Positions 39,646 through 53,700 of a stretch of 64,000 nt of DNA are shown one piece after another. The notes below the pieces were generated by a model. It was not told where the DNA came from. It saw nothing but the letters and a program-made list of their open reading frames with translations, and did not search any database. Made by a program: the position numbers and the translations under genes. The stretch covers positions 63,659,799 to 63,723,798 of the forward strand of contig JARFYF010000104.1 in assembly GCA_030265395.1 (NCBI GenBank), in the 5' to 3' direction. This stretch comes from Rhina ancylostomus (taxonomy: Eukaryota). Position 1 is the stretch's first letter, and the number at the start of each line of letters is the position of its first letter.

Positions 39646-42464
39646 TCATTCCCCACCTCCAGCTATGTACATTTCAGGAGTGGTTGTTATTTGCTCACAG
39701 TATGCCCCCACTGTTTATTCTTGGCAGCTTAAAGCCTGGGCCCATGTCTACTTGTGATTGCTCTAGTGGACACCAATCTGTTTGTTGGCAGTTCTTTCCT
39801 TCACTGAGCAAATTGGCCAACACTTAATCTTTTGGCCCTAGCCTCCAGCTGGTTTGAAACAGATCCTGCCTGCTTAAAGTAGGCATGTTATTTGTCCACA
39901 TGCAAGACTGCTTGACCATTGCAGCAGGTAGCGCAGAAAGCATTGATGAGGCTGCTACAGGACCTTTCCAACCTTTCAATTGGAAAGTGTGCATTTCTCA
40001 AGAAGTGGATGGAAGGTATTTGAAATTTGCTCCCTTGCTGTCAATGAAGTATAGGTATACTTCATATAAAGGAGATGCCAGCAAAATTCTGCAAGTTCTA
40101 AAGGCCAGGCATTAAGGGCATTTTAATACAGTGTATCCTTATGGGTGGAGAGGGGCATGCTATCACCATATTAAAAACTGGATTAGTAAATAGAAAACAC
40201 ATAACCCAAGAAACAAAATGTTATAGCAAAACTTCATAAATGGAATGTTCTTATATCTAGGAATACATGTACTTAAAAAAAGTGGCAAAGCAAAGATCAA
40301 ATGTGATACACATTCTTTTTCCAGGAAGAATCATGGATTAGAAATCAAGTGTCTAAAACAGATTCCTTCACCCAAAAGTTGGAGACACCATGCACAACAC
40401 TATATCTCAAATGTTAAATCAAATTCTCTTTTAATGACAATGAAAATGAAATAACCCCAAAATAATTTTCCCTGTTATCAGCCATTACTAAATCAGTTAA
40501 TTCTTTAAAAAACACATTTGATTTTTGTAGATTTTTGACAATAGCTGACATTACAGAGTTCTGTAAAATGAAAAAAGGTCAAGTTAATATATCTGGTGTA
40601 AGTTACTACAATTGATGCATTTCATAGAATTTAGCAATGAATGCTCAACACATTTGCTTGAAAAAGAAAGATATCAATCCCAACATTGCTATTTACCTAG
40701 TATATTAAAATAATTCATTTGATGCATTATGTATTCAGATACCAATGCTGCACAATACATTTTCAATCAGCACGATTCATATTCTTCCCTTTCAAGTGCG
40801 TACAGGTGGCCAAATATGTTCCCTTCAATTAAAGTCCTAGTGAAGGAAAGCTTTGTGGGCAACTTGAAAGAGATCTACATGCACAAATCATTCAAAGCCC
40901 ACAGGAAAATTTTAATCCTTTCATTCTAATTACACTAACCTTGCATTTGGCCATTAAAGAACTAAAATATTAACACACCATCAATGGATAAAGGGGCAGC
41001 TCATGTTTAAGCAGCAATTTAAACCCATAAATGAATGGAATACTGAATAAAATTCTTCATAGTGTGGTGTTTGTCTCTTCTTCCCTTTGCTCTGCAATAC
41101 CATATTTACACTGGAGGATGGAACACTCCCCAATTTCAGCACTCACATCAAATACACCACATTTGTTTGCAAATAAAGCACCCATTCCAGCTCAGATGCA
41201 TGTTTTATTCCTCATCACAAGAGTAACTACCTCACAATTGCAATGTTTGCAAGTTCAGTACTTGCCAGCTTAGTAGTCAGATAATCAAGACCGGTTTCAA
41301 ATTCTGCAGTACACTCCAAGCAAATCCAAGAATTGTTTTTACTCCAAAATCCAAATCTGTAAATTTGAACATCTGGTGGATTTTCAAGAGCAAAGGTAAA
41401 ACTGGTGGTTTAATTATGAACAATAGTTTGCTTTCCAGTAACCTGGATAGGTTCAAATTTGGATGAGTTACAAATTCTAGACCAATTAGTTCTCAAATGC
41501 AATTATGAACACCATCCAAAATAACAAACTACACCAAAAAATATCCATGGCAGAATATATTCTGTGCATTAGTTTCATTGAAATTGCATCACAAGGGGGT
41601 CAATGAGTCAGTATCAATATATCAGTCCAAGTACTGTAGCTGCAGTTAACAAATCCAATCAAATTTCACTGCTCTTTCCACATTTGTTTTCATAGTTTTC
41701 CTCTTCCAGATCAGTTAAAAGGACGACTCTGCCTCAACTGTTGACCATGCCAAAACATTATATATTTGGTTGGGGAAAATATAAAAACTTTTCCATTTTG
41801 TTCTTTGAGAATAACCCAAATTCACAAGATAACACCCATGAAATGAAATGGAATGGAGCGAATTTGATACAATTTGAACATAGACATCGAAAGACACAGC
41901 TGGGCCTGGACCACCAAGCTGGTCTACAACATGCCATTCAGTGTTCCTGATATCCCAACTTTCCTTTTTGCAACATCACGATCTTACAGTTTGATTCTAC
42001 ATCAATGAATACTTAATTCTGTGTCACTGCAATTCAATTAAGGCATCGGTGCTAACCCCTTCCATAATATTCAGAAACTAAACTCTCAAGTTTGTGGCAA
42101 AGACCACAATCCACAGTTCAAGGGCATTTACAGTACAATTCGATTCTTATGTATTAACCATCCATCCTGAATTTTGAATTTTTATAGACTGCAATTTTTT
42201 GTTCCTTAATTGCAATTCACCTTCATGATGAATGGAGGTGAATATCATCTCCATACCAGCACTTGTTTGCACAACACAACAAATTTAATCACACATGCCT
42301 CCTTTAACCTTTAAGATTTACTTTCTGCAAAAACACTTGCAATGTATTATTATGCAAACTGCAGATTACACAGCATTAGGGCTTTACTGCAGTGGGCCAG
42401 AGGGTCTGAACTAGCCTGAGTCTCTAGTCTTCAATTTGGTTACTCAAAGCATACACAAACATAA

Positions 42465-43100
42465 ATTAGGAATTGGCCACTCATTCCCTTTGGACAGCTC
42501 CACCAGTTAATAATTGATTATAACCTCAACTCTATTTACCTGCAAAAACTTTTGTTACATCATAGGTGGCCATGCCCCTATCAGGTTTGTGCTGGCTTGC
42601 AGCAGAGCAATCACATCATTCTTATTATTTCTCTACCACTGCCTTAAACACATTCAAAGTTTGTTTCTACCACCCTTTCAAGAAGAGTTCCAAAGAATCG
42701 TAACCCTTGAGAAAAAAAATACATTACCTTATGTCTTAAATGGATTAAACAGAGACCAATTTGAGATTCTCCTAAAAACGTGCTCTCTACATCCACACTG
42801 TCAGGACTCCTCAGGATCTGATGTTTCAATCAAATCCCCACTCTTTTAAATTCCAATAGGTACAAGCTCAGCTTGTCCAACCTTTCTTCCAAAGACCAAC
42901 CAGCCCATTCAAGATATTGGTCAAGTAAACTTTGAACTGTTTCCAATACATTAACATCTTTCCTTAAAATTAAAAAAAAGCCAAAGCTGTACACATTTTC
43001 CTGTGCTCAGCAATGATCCGTGCACCTGGAGAACATCTTCCATTTTTCTGTTCTACCTACAATAAACAGTAATATTCCGTTAGCTTTTCCAATTGTTTGT
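42465..43100 (-). mobile_element. Decayed CR1 fragment
   Basis: aagaagagttccaaaga..aatcaaatccccactc..taaattccaat; reverse CR1 3' region. Confidence 0.55.
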
Positions 43101-43719
43101 TTCTGAGCTTCATGTCAGTCACTCACAGGCCCTGCAGTCAGTCCACCCAATCCCTGCACTCTGCAATGGACCCTGCCAACCAAGCCAATCACCTCCCTAG
43201 ACTTGAGCAATGAACTGTGGTATACCAAGGCATGCGCATTTGAAAACAAAATCAATTAAAAGTAAAACACTCCACAGGCATGGATTTAAATGTAGTTAAT
43301 GTAATAGCCTCCCCACCCTCTGAAACAAATATGCCTAATGACTTCTGCAAGTTACTGCAATAAAAGTATTTTTTCTACAATTTGTCTTTGTCAGCAAATC
43401 AGACATTGTTTTGTTCATCCCACAATTTAGGTAGGGCTGTGCAACAGCAGAGGTAGAATAAAAGAAAAAAGATGTCTCTTGTTCAATAGAAATTATTTTT
43501 AGCTATTCTCAATTAACCTTGTTGCCAATGATCTCTCAGCTCAAGAGACCCAACCTCATTTCCCCTGCTACAGTGAGATATAATTAAAATATCCCGGGTA
43601 CTATGTACACCCACCTATCCTGATTGTCTGCTACAACTTTAACTGAGAATAAAACACTGAAAAAAAAATCAGTTTTTGAATCTAGATAATGTTCCTTTAG
43701 AACTTTGCCCAGAATTATC

Positions 43720-44030
43720 TTATGACACAGGAGGCCATTCAACTTAATGGGGTTGATGCCAGCACTGAGCAGAGCAATCCCATTCCCCCCTTGGATTTTT
43801 CCCCCAAAACCTCGCAACTCATTGTCTCACACATGCCATTCACAGCCCACCACTTTAATACGTTTCCTACTAACCTACACCAAGGGTAATTTACCATTGC
43901 CAATTAACCTACTCACAAATCTTTGTGACATGGAAGGAAACCAGGGCACCCAGAGGAAACCCATTTGGTCACAGGGAGAACATGCAAACTCTACTCAGAG
44001 TTCAGGATCAAGCTCAGGTCACTGGAATTG
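43720..44030 (-). mobile_element. V-SINE-like SINE
   Basis: ggaaaccagggcacccagaggaaaccca..ggtcacagggagaacatgcaaactc. Confidence 0.7.
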
Positions 44031-45075
44031 TTTTTCTATGTAAAACTATCAATTTATTTTTCAAAATAGAACTTTTTATACCTGTACTTGATTCCTTAAA
44101 GATTCATTTCCATCCTTAAATGTTTTTCTCCATACAGTTAAAAGGTTTTTCCTAGGGTAGCCATTGCTTCCCTTAATATGTTTAATATTTACCTTGCTAC
44201 TTCCAGGCAGTAATATGCCATCCAAGATGGACTTTTTTTGAGCACACAGCAATCAACTTGTTTTTTTCTAAAGAAGGAAATCATACTATCCAAGCAAGTC
44301 ATCCATACACAAAGTGCATGTGGAAGTACACAATTAAAATCTGGAAGTCTTTCTACAACATTTATAAAATCTCACGGGCATAAGGAAAAGAGGAAAGGAA
44401 AAGGGAATTTTTGAGACATTTCTGCTTACTTTCCATTATAGAAAAATTATTCTCCTTCCCTCTGATTTATTTTTGACCTTTTCAGAGATCAATGCTCACT
44501 GTTAAAGCACAACACCACAGGTCCTGGGCACTTGCTGCCACAACAACCAATGCAATTGGCTATGCAAAAGCTTCTACACTAAAGCAAGAATAGAGTTTGA
44601 TTCTGAGGAAGTATTACTGCACAGTATTGTCCTTTGTAAGCCTGCAAACCCAAGTATCCTAATAATTAACCAAAGATGCCATTAAAAAAGTCTTAAAGCC
44701 AGTCATTTGTGACTGTGATATGGCAGGAATTGTATGCTTTGCAGCAAGTAACTTATTCTTCTTTCAGCATGTGCATCAATATAAACTAAAACAAAACTAA
44801 GAGTACAAATCACAAGTCCAACAGAAAGTAATATTTTAAAAACACAGGAAGTGGAAATTAACTACATCTAAAATTATTTCAACATATCACACAATCTCAT
44901 CTCTTTGACCCTGGGTAAATAACACTGCACAGATGATCAGATGTACATGTAATGCAGAGATTAAGGGACAAGAGTAGATAGTTAGCAACTGCAGAAACAA
45001 AACAGAATCCCTCACGGCCAATACAATGCATACAATTACTTCCCAATTTAAAAAGTTGAAATTTTTATTTAAAAA

Positions 45076-45222
45076 CATCAGATTTTTGAATGACCCATGA
45101 ACACTACCTCATTTGTTTTGAACTATTTTGTAATTTATATTAATTTTTGTCTTTGCACTGTGCTGCTGCCACAAAACAACAAATTTCATATCATTAGTCA
45201 GCGATAACAAACCAGATTCTGA
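45076..45222 (+). mobile_element. Rex1-type 3' UTR fragment
   Basis: catcagatttttgaatgacccatgaacactacctc..ttgcactgtgctgctgccacaaaacaacaaatttca. Confidence 0.7.
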
Positions 45223-48200
45223 AATAAATCTTTGTTGGTGTGCAAATGCTACATGTCCACATCTGGAAAGCAAGATCTTTAAAATAATCTGCCGTGGAAT
45301 CTGTCCATTGGTTTAATTTATTCTGGATGTAACATTTTCAAGCTGTTGACCAATTTATCATGCTTACAGTGATTCTGTTGTCTCAGCTGTATATAACTTG
45401 CAGATTCTAACAGTACTTATTGTAGAAAAATGAATTATTTATCATACCAATTCTTGTGAACTGAAAAACATTGTGCCCCTGGTCATATTTGTTTTCCCAC
45501 AATTCATAAAACACGATATCTTAAAATAAACACTTAATTGACCAAAGCCTGCGAAGAAACTAGGCATACAACACACGAATAGCCTTACATATTGGTAGGG
45601 GTAGAACGTGTGGTAGAGTAACACATGGGAATCAACTGCATTTATGTGGTGAAATATCTATGCAGAAGATGATGATTGTAATAAAAACAAAATGCAACAA
45701 GCATGCCAAGGATTAGATGGATGCAGCTGTTCCCAAGTTGGGGAGGGGCTGGTCAGGAAAACAACAAGGAAGGCCCAGGACAGCATGGTGGTACAGGTAG
45801 ATTGGAAAATGGCAAATGCAGTGCACATATACAAAGACAAAGCAGATGTGGGATTACCATTGTCACGGGCATTAGTTCATTTTGTAGTAGAGCACAACTG
45901 AAAACTCGATTACCTGCACAAAATTAATGAACAGCATAAGATTCACAAGGTGAATGTCTAGCCTTACCAGTTTCTTCTTCTCTTTCCAACTGAAGTGAAA
46001 AGATGGACAACTGACAGCTTATGATGTGCTGCATCCAGGCTTACACTTGACAAAGTTCCACAGAAAAAAAAAATTAAGCTTAAAACTGTAGAGATTAGAG
46101 TGAAAACTGGATTAAGGGCAGGAAGTAATTGAGTAAAAGCTTGTGGGATTGAAGAACCAAATAAGAATGTTTTAATATTTTGGTTTACAATTTTACATAA
46201 AATTATTTGGATTCAGAAACTCTATGCAATGTGGTTAAATTTACATACCAATCTAAAGAAGGTAAGGGAGCTCAGAAAATACATCACAAATTGGACAAAA
46301 AGGTAAGAAACAAAGAAATAAATTCTAATGCAATATGAGTGGATACAAGCAGAGATGACGGGGCGCCATGCTTGGCATTCAGAAGAAGAGATGCAAGGCA
46401 CAAGTCAGAGAACACGGACTCAATTTCCTTACATTCTAGAATCTCGAATACGTGCTCAGCTCTGGTTACCGAGACACAAAAGAATCATTCAAGCATTGGA
46501 AGGAGCAGATGGAAGTAGTCCAGGCAAACCTCCAGAATCAAAGGTCAGTGTTATGATAAATTTTCACATTACACCAAAACAGTGAATGGCTTCAGTGAAT
46601 GGAATCCAGGAGCAATAATTAAAAGTGAAAAGTTGATAGCTGAAATGGAGAGGGGTTTCTCCTGAAGAGGAGCTGTGTCAAGCAGACCTTCACAACTGAG
46701 TTTAGGAATTCATGCAGAAATTACTGCTGCAAGGATAATCATGCAAGAAAGTTTCTGAAAATTATGCATTTCATCAGTTCTGCTGCCAAATGTATTAAAC
46801 AATCAAGATCCCAGGCAGTTTAACACTATATGAACCTAAAAACCACATATTCACCAGCTTAACCTTCAATCATAAATAAGCAAAAGCTCTTTCAGGTTAA
46901 GTGAACTTATATAGTAAAAAGAACAAAACAACTCAACTATTAAATAATAGGGGTACAATGTTAACAGACATGGCTTGGGTTCAAAAAGACTGATTTAATT
47001 TATCCTTAAAATGAAAAAGACAATTCAATGTGTGATTTCCCTCACTGCCAGAGGGTTAATCTAGGGTCAGAACTTCAGAGCCAGCCAAACCACAGGAAAG
47101 GTGCTTGAAGAAGGGTACTCATGAAAGGGATAGATCTCCCCAGTGAGGTTGTGGATTGATGTGGAATTGAACTTTTCACATCAAGTTCAAAAGATGTGTT
47201 TGTAAGGGTATTAAGGATATGAAACAAAGGTAGCCATTTGGAATTGCAGATCAGGCAAAAGGTTGTGACCAAACACAAGAGTGACCTCATCTTATACCTA
47301 CAGGTCTATGAAATTAAACACAAGAACATAATTGGAAGCAGGAGTTTTGGCCATCTGGTCCTTTGAACCTGCCTCACTATTCCTCACAGTGATGCCTGAT
47401 CAACATTTGAGCACTAAGTCTACATCCCTCAATTTCCTTCGTACCCAGAAATCCATTCATCTCAGATTTTTAAAATGAATGCACTGTGCCTCTGGGAAGA
47501 AAATTCCAAAAGGTAATATAATACAAGAATAACCAAAGCATACAATTTACAAGCAGCATCTTGCCACAAACTGGAAATAGATAACAAATCTAATAAACAT
47601 TAGACAGCAGTTTGTCAAATAGTAGCTTGTAAACTCCACCCCTTTAACTAAGTCTCTCTATTTCCCTATATCTCAATGACAGATTTTACTTAATAATGCT
47701 TCTGTGGGATATTTCACTCCGTCAAAACCACCATACAAATAAGACATTGCTGGTAGGTGGAAACATTGGTATTTTAAAATCATGCTGTGGACTCTATTGA
47801 AACCATGCAAGTGACCAGAACAGATATACATGATATTTTACTCAAAAATACTACACTGATAACTCGATCATTTCAATAATCCCCAAACCTTTGAGTCTGA
47901 GCCAGAAGTTGGAGATTAAAGCCACTGTCCAGAGAAAGCTTGTTGATATTAGTTCTAATTCTGTTGTGGAGCAAGTTCTATTACCTGCACTTAATAATCA
48001 CCCAGTTAAAATTAGTCTTAGCTGGTAAACCCATATATAAAAGGATGGTTTTCCTCCATTTACAAAACAGATTCCATTACAGCCAGTTAAGACTCAAACA
48101 GCCTTTCACAGCAAGATAACCAGAGCTCATACAATTTTATAACTCATTACCTTGTGACAACAAAGCTTGGAAGCACTGTTTACAAAATGAACAGCTAAGT

Positions 48201-48230
48201 AATAAAAGTATAATGTTGTTCTTGTTTTAC

Positions 48231-48541
48231 CTATTGCAGAAATAAACATAACCAATGGATGTGGGTCACAAAGCAGCAATCTATTCAAACAATGCAGACA
48301 ATATCAGCTAAATCTCTCCCATTTAATTACATTTGCTTTTCCTACAAATTAAAACTTCTCAGCTCTTCAAGTCACCACACAGTTATCCCTTTGCATATCT
48401 CAAATTACACAGTCGACACCAATTTATCCTTGGCAAAACTACTGCTCAACTTGTATCTATCTTCCGCCCAAGAGGCCGACCTATACCATGCCAGGTCTTT
48501 CCCTTTCTGCGGTAGATGACTGGAATATCTGTACCGAACAC
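48231..48541 (-). other. Candidate 5' UTR exon of an unidentified minus-strand gene
   Basis: Acceptor gctttttgttagtgttctctgcag| and donor AATAG|gtaaaa on the minus strand, in unique CpG-richer sequence about 1 kb downstream of the promoter; no long ORF. Confidence 0.4.
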
Positions 48542-49580
48542 CTGCAGAGAACACTAACAAAAAGCACAGCTGCAGAACCTGCAAGGCAACACCATAATTT
48601 AGTTAAAATGAAGGGGTATTCACCACCTCGCCAACAGAATTATTAATAAATGTTCAAAGGACAAATAAAATTTACAGTATCATTAAATAGAAAAGCTCTC
48701 ATTAACAAGAAAAAAGAACAGCTAGAAAGTAAGTACACCGAAACCATTTGTTTTTGACTAGAAGTGACACCGTCAATCAAGTCTTGCAACAAATGTTGCG
48801 TCAAATTGCTAGAAGGCACCGGCATTCACTGGACTTTTAAATAAATAAAAAGGAAGTCGAATCAAAGCAAAATCCCAAAAGCCGTGGTTTCCGTGAATAT
48901 CTCCACAGATCTTTAAACAAAAAGAATCAGAAACAAATTGTTCTAAAAGTAAAATAAAAAGTTACTTGGATATCTTTCCAAAGGCTTTGTTGTAGTTTTT
49001 GGTGGAATATGTTACAATTTTGCTTTTGGACAACATGTACATCACGAATAAGCACCATGATGGGAAACAGGAACACTTGGAAAATAAGACCTAACCTTGG
49101 GGAATTAACAAAGAAAACAGCAGTGCCCACGATTCTGGTCAAGGTAAACCCTGTCGCCTGCAACAGGACTCTCTCAGCACGAGAGGAGGAAAACCTTCAC
49201 TCGGGGTCACCACTCCTGCTCTGTGATTCGGACGTGTTACCATCCACATCAACTGGCTTCTCTCACTCGGATCAAACACTTGTCCTAAATCATGAATATT
49301 TATTACTTGCTATGAACACCCCACTCACTTCGATCACCCTTCCCCTCCCCACACAAAAAAAACATTTTAAAAGATTCCAAAAAAAATCTAAAGACATTTG
49401 AACATTTAATGAAAAGCTGTTTATATTTACAAAATTTTAGATTGTGGATCAACAAACGTTTACATTTAACAATTAGGAACAAAAACGTTAATTTGCTGAA
49501 AAGTGAACGCAAGTAAACAGGTACTACAAATATGTACAGTCCCATAATAAAAGTGCAAGTTATATTTATAGGGCATTTAC

Positions 49581-49860
49581 CCGGCTGTGTATATATAGCG
49601 ATAGGAAGCTCCTTCACTCTCATTCTACAAACAAGCCTCCCTACCCTCCAATGTAAGCCAGCAGGAAAGCAGCGAAGACCTACAACTTTCACCAAACTAC
49701 AAGCTTCTCTCAAAACTCCTTGCAACTGACTGACTTCGTTCACTGCACAACCGGGAGGAAAGCTAGTTCTGTCCGAAAGACCGGTAACTTTAACTTTCTT
49801 CCACCCACCTCCTTTTGTAACCGAACACACAGAGAAGACTGTCGTGTCGCTGCTTTGTAC
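49581..49860 (-). other. Candidate first exon of the minus-strand gene
   Basis: Donor CAGCCGG|gtaaat at 49581/49580 inside the CpG-richer region; TSS position approximate. Confidence 0.35.
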
Positions 49861-50010
49861 ACACAGGACATAGAACCGCACCGCGCATGAACACTTCAGT
49901 GTATTGCGGAACTGTGGGAGATGTAGTGTCACAGCACTGAGTCTCAATAATAAAACTACAAAGGCTTAAGGAACTTTGGACAGCTTAACCGCAGTCCGTT
50001 TTTAACAGTG
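49700..50010. promoter_or_regulatory. Housekeeping-type promoter with ZNF143/THAP11 motif
   Basis: Local CpG excess. 49906-49927 reads ACTACATCTCCCACAGTTCCGC on the minus strand, matching the ACTACAnnTCCCA element. An NRF1-like gcgcatg lies near 49883. Confidence 0.7.
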
Positions 50011-50154
50011 CAAAGGAGGTAAAGGAAAAAAATTACAGAAAAAAAAGACTTGCACTTTTGTATAGAAGATTTTATCTGCCAAGGATATTTTACAGCCAAT
50101 GCAGTGATTTTGAAGATTAGTTACTGATGTAATGTGAGAAATGCAGCAAACGGG

Positions 50155-50606
50155 AAAGGATGCAAAAAAAAAGATTTATGGGGATGTTACGGGGATTGGA
50201 GGGCTTGAGTTGTAAGAAGAGGTTGGATAAGCTAGGACATTTTCTCTGGAGCATGGGAGGCTGAGGGGTGACCTTTTAGAGGTTTATAAAATCATGAGGG
50301 ACATAGATAAGGTGAATAGATGTGGGAGTCCAAAGCTAGAAGGCATAGGTTTCCAGTGAGAGGGAAAAGATATAAAAGAGACCCGAGGGATAACTTTTAC
50401 ACACAGAGGGTGGTGCAGAATGAGCTACCAGGGAAAGTTATAGAGGCAAGTACAATTATGACACTTAAAAGATATTTGTACTGGTATATAGATAGGAAAG
50501 GTTTAGAGGAATTTGGGCCAAATGCAGGCAAATGGGACTAGCTCAGTTAGTCAACTTGGTCAGCATGCATGTTGGGCCGAAGGGCCTCCTTCTGTGCTGT
50601 ATAGCT
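50155..50606 (+). mobile_element. CR1 LINE 3' fragment
   Basis: gggaggctgaggggtgaccttttagaggtttataaaatcatgaggg..gggccgaagggcctccttctgtgctgtat. Confidence 0.9.
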
Positions 50607-50608
50607 CT

Positions 50609-50701
50609 GACAAGCAGCTCCTCTGTGTGCTTTGTCAACATTCAAAGAACCGTCATGGCCACAAGCTGTTGCTGCTGGAAGAGGCTGTTCAAGAGTTCAA
50701 G
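50609..50701 (+). pseudogene. TRIM-family exon remnant (B-box2 end and start of coiled coil)
   Basis: Translates DKQLLCVLCQHSKNRHGHKLLLLEEAVQEFK then |gtgaac, a phase-0 donor exactly where TRIM exon 1 usually ends (EEA..EYK|gt). The 5' part is replaced by a CR1. Confidence 0.75.
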
Positions 50702-53700
50702 GTGAACAGACTGTGAAAGGTAAAACATGGAAATGGATCTGGGCTGGTTTCTCTGTTGGATTTAATCATTTCTCAATAGAGCCGGAACTTCAGATAATGT
50801 GTTTTTGTTTCATGACTCAGTTCTTTATAACGTTGGTCAGGAAGCAGAAAGATAAAGGGAGATTTCCATTTGGAACCGCCCTTCGAACGCCCAGTGAAAT
50901 CTCCCGGACAGTTTACTATCAGATCAATACAGCTGGGTCGTCAATGGTGGGTGAGGGTCTGTGGGATGTGTTTACTTCACCTTGCGAAGTCTGCTTAATG
51001 CCCTGTTCAATTTTATTTCAAAATATAAAATATACTATATTCATTAAAAAAAATCTAAAATACAAAAGGAGGGCTATGTGGGAGGGAAGGGTTAGATAGA
51101 TCTTAGAGCAGGATAAAATGTTGGCACAACATTGTGGGCCGAAGGGCCTGTACTGTGCTGTAATGTTCTATGTTCTCAAAGCTCTTTGGCTCTCTGATTC
51201 TATATTTGCATAAAACTAGCTCTCCCCAATGCCCAGATATCAATGAGTTCATGGCCACAAGGAAACTTCCTGCTCTGCTTCAAATTTGTGCTGCAAAATC
51301 TTCTACATCAACTCGAGAGAACATTAGGAACTTCAGTTTAAGTTCTCATCAAGAAGATAGCATGCCTAGCAGTGGAAGGTTGAGTAGTGTACTACAGCAT
51401 AAGTTCACTATGTTGTGCTCTCATCTCCAATAGTGAAGCATTAAGCCACAGTAAAAGGTAGGTAAGTAGGTTCTGGGTGCATTGAGTCGAGATATGGATT
51501 TTGTTTACATTTTAAACTCTTTTGAATGTTTTGCATTACACCCATGATTTAATTGTGTTTAACAAACCCATAGAAGTTATTTGTATCAAACACCATTGGT
51601 TGGAAACATTCACATTCAGAATGGTCTATTTTTTAATGTTATATTAAATGTAAGAGAATCTGAAAAGAGGTTTCTGCGGTATGGAATGTGTTAAACTCTG
51701 CATTTTATAAAAGTCACATTTAGCAAATTTACTGACAAAGCTAAAACCAAATTTAAAATATAAATATACTTACACAATTTAGCAAGATCTTAACATTACA
51801 AAGTATTTCATTTTTCTGGGCTCTTGGATTACTAATCTAGTCTTCCTGTATCTCCTGTTTGCTTTGAATGTATTGCCTATGTGTTGTTCTAACCATTTTC
51901 TTCATATGACAACTGTTTTGGGCCACGATTTGCTCTCAGAATAATTCTCCTTTCCTCCCATTTTCCAACTCTGTACTTAGTCATAGAGTCATACAACANN
52001 NNNNNNNNNNNNNNNNNNNNNNNNNNNNNNNNNNNNNNNNNNNNNNNNNNNNNNNNNNNNNNNNNNNNNNNNNNNNNNNNNNNNNNNNNNNNNNNNNNNN
52101 NNNNNNNNNNNNNNNNNNNNNNNNNNNNNNNNNNNNNNNNNNNNNNNNNNNNNNNNNNNNNNNNNNNNNNNNNNNNNNNNNNNNNNNNNNNNNNNNNNNN
52201 NNNNNNNNNNNNNNNNNNNNNNNNNNNNNNNNNAAAAAATAAAATAAAAAACAGTAAAAGCTCTGCCAAATAAATTATGGCTCAATGTATAATTATGCAA
52301 AATAGTTCTAATTGATGACAGAGCACATTTTTTAGCTGTATCCAAGTTCTTCAAAAAATTTACTGTGTCTTGTGATGAAAAGCAGCCTACCAGCTGCATT
52401 GAATTTACAGGGTGGATTCCTTAGTCAGCAAATTATCAGTGCATTGCTGTAATGATTATTGGTATAAATAGCACATTCTAAAGCTACTAGAGAATTAGGA
52501 AAGACTGAGGGATCAATTGCCTTACAGTTATCATTCAGAGACAGTTATAGAGAAAAGGCTTGCACATATCATACTGCATAATTGATTTAATGGTGTAATA
52601 GATTAATATGAAAGATATTTTCTTCTCTGCTGAGTAACTTGTAGAGAGGAATGTGATGAGACTCAACCATATTGGAGCTTTATAATCCTGTTTGTTTGGA
52701 CCAACATGACTCAATTCTTAATGTCTATTGGAGCCATTGCAGAAATCCATCCAAAAAAAATTACACTAAACAATCTCTCAAAAGAAAAATCATAAAGGGA
52801 TTGATTGGGAAAGATAGTTCTGGTGGATCTTTTCTAAAGAGTGCCACAAATATAGTTGGAACAAAATACTTGGGTGTGCAATGCATGACCCAGGCATATC
52901 AGTGCCAATACTTTGTGCTCTGAATACAAGATTAGACCATTGCCAACACTGGTAACAACAGAAGTATTCACAAATTACAGAAAGCTTTCCTAGATATATG
53001 TTGAATCAAAGATGTCCTCAGGCTAACCTTATTATAACGGGGTAGATCATTCTGGACCCAGCTCATTGTTTGGTCTTTGCCCCCAGTTGTTACCCACCTG
53101 CACTAACTTTTTTCCAGATGTGGAGATCCGTCAGCCCCCAGCTTCCCCACAGGCACAAAACTAGTATCCCACCAGCATCCCTGGTCAAAGGCATTTGAAC
53201 TTTCAGAGGTATTAAATATACAAATAGATCTAAATAATTAAAACATAAAAATATCTAAAATTAGAACATAATTTAAAACATTAAAATTAAATGAAGTAAA
53301 ATCACTTAACCATACTTTTTAAAAAATCTTCATTTTGGGAAATCTGAGTATGACTGGCAAGACCAGCATTTATTGTCTGTGCAAAATTTCCCTTGAGAAT
53401 ATGCTAGTGGCAACTGAATGGTTTGCTGGGCCATTTTAGAGGGCATTTAAGAGTCAACAACATGGGGACATTTAGACCAGGCTAGAAAAGGATTTCCTCC
53501 TCTGAATGAGATGAGTAAACTAAATACATTTGCCTTTTTCCACAAGTTTAGCAACACTTTTCAAATGAATGGACATTTCTGTTCGTAGGCCACTCTTTCC
53601 TGGCAAAAGGTTCAGGTCAAAGTATTCTGAAGGATTTTCCCTTCATGTGGTCTGACATGTTGAGTATTTCCAGCATTTGTGGTTTTAATTTAGATTCCCT

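Noticed and set aside
49303-49947. 214-aa minus-strand ORF
   Set aside because: Non-ATG start, no recognisable domain, crosses promoter and exon/intron sequence.
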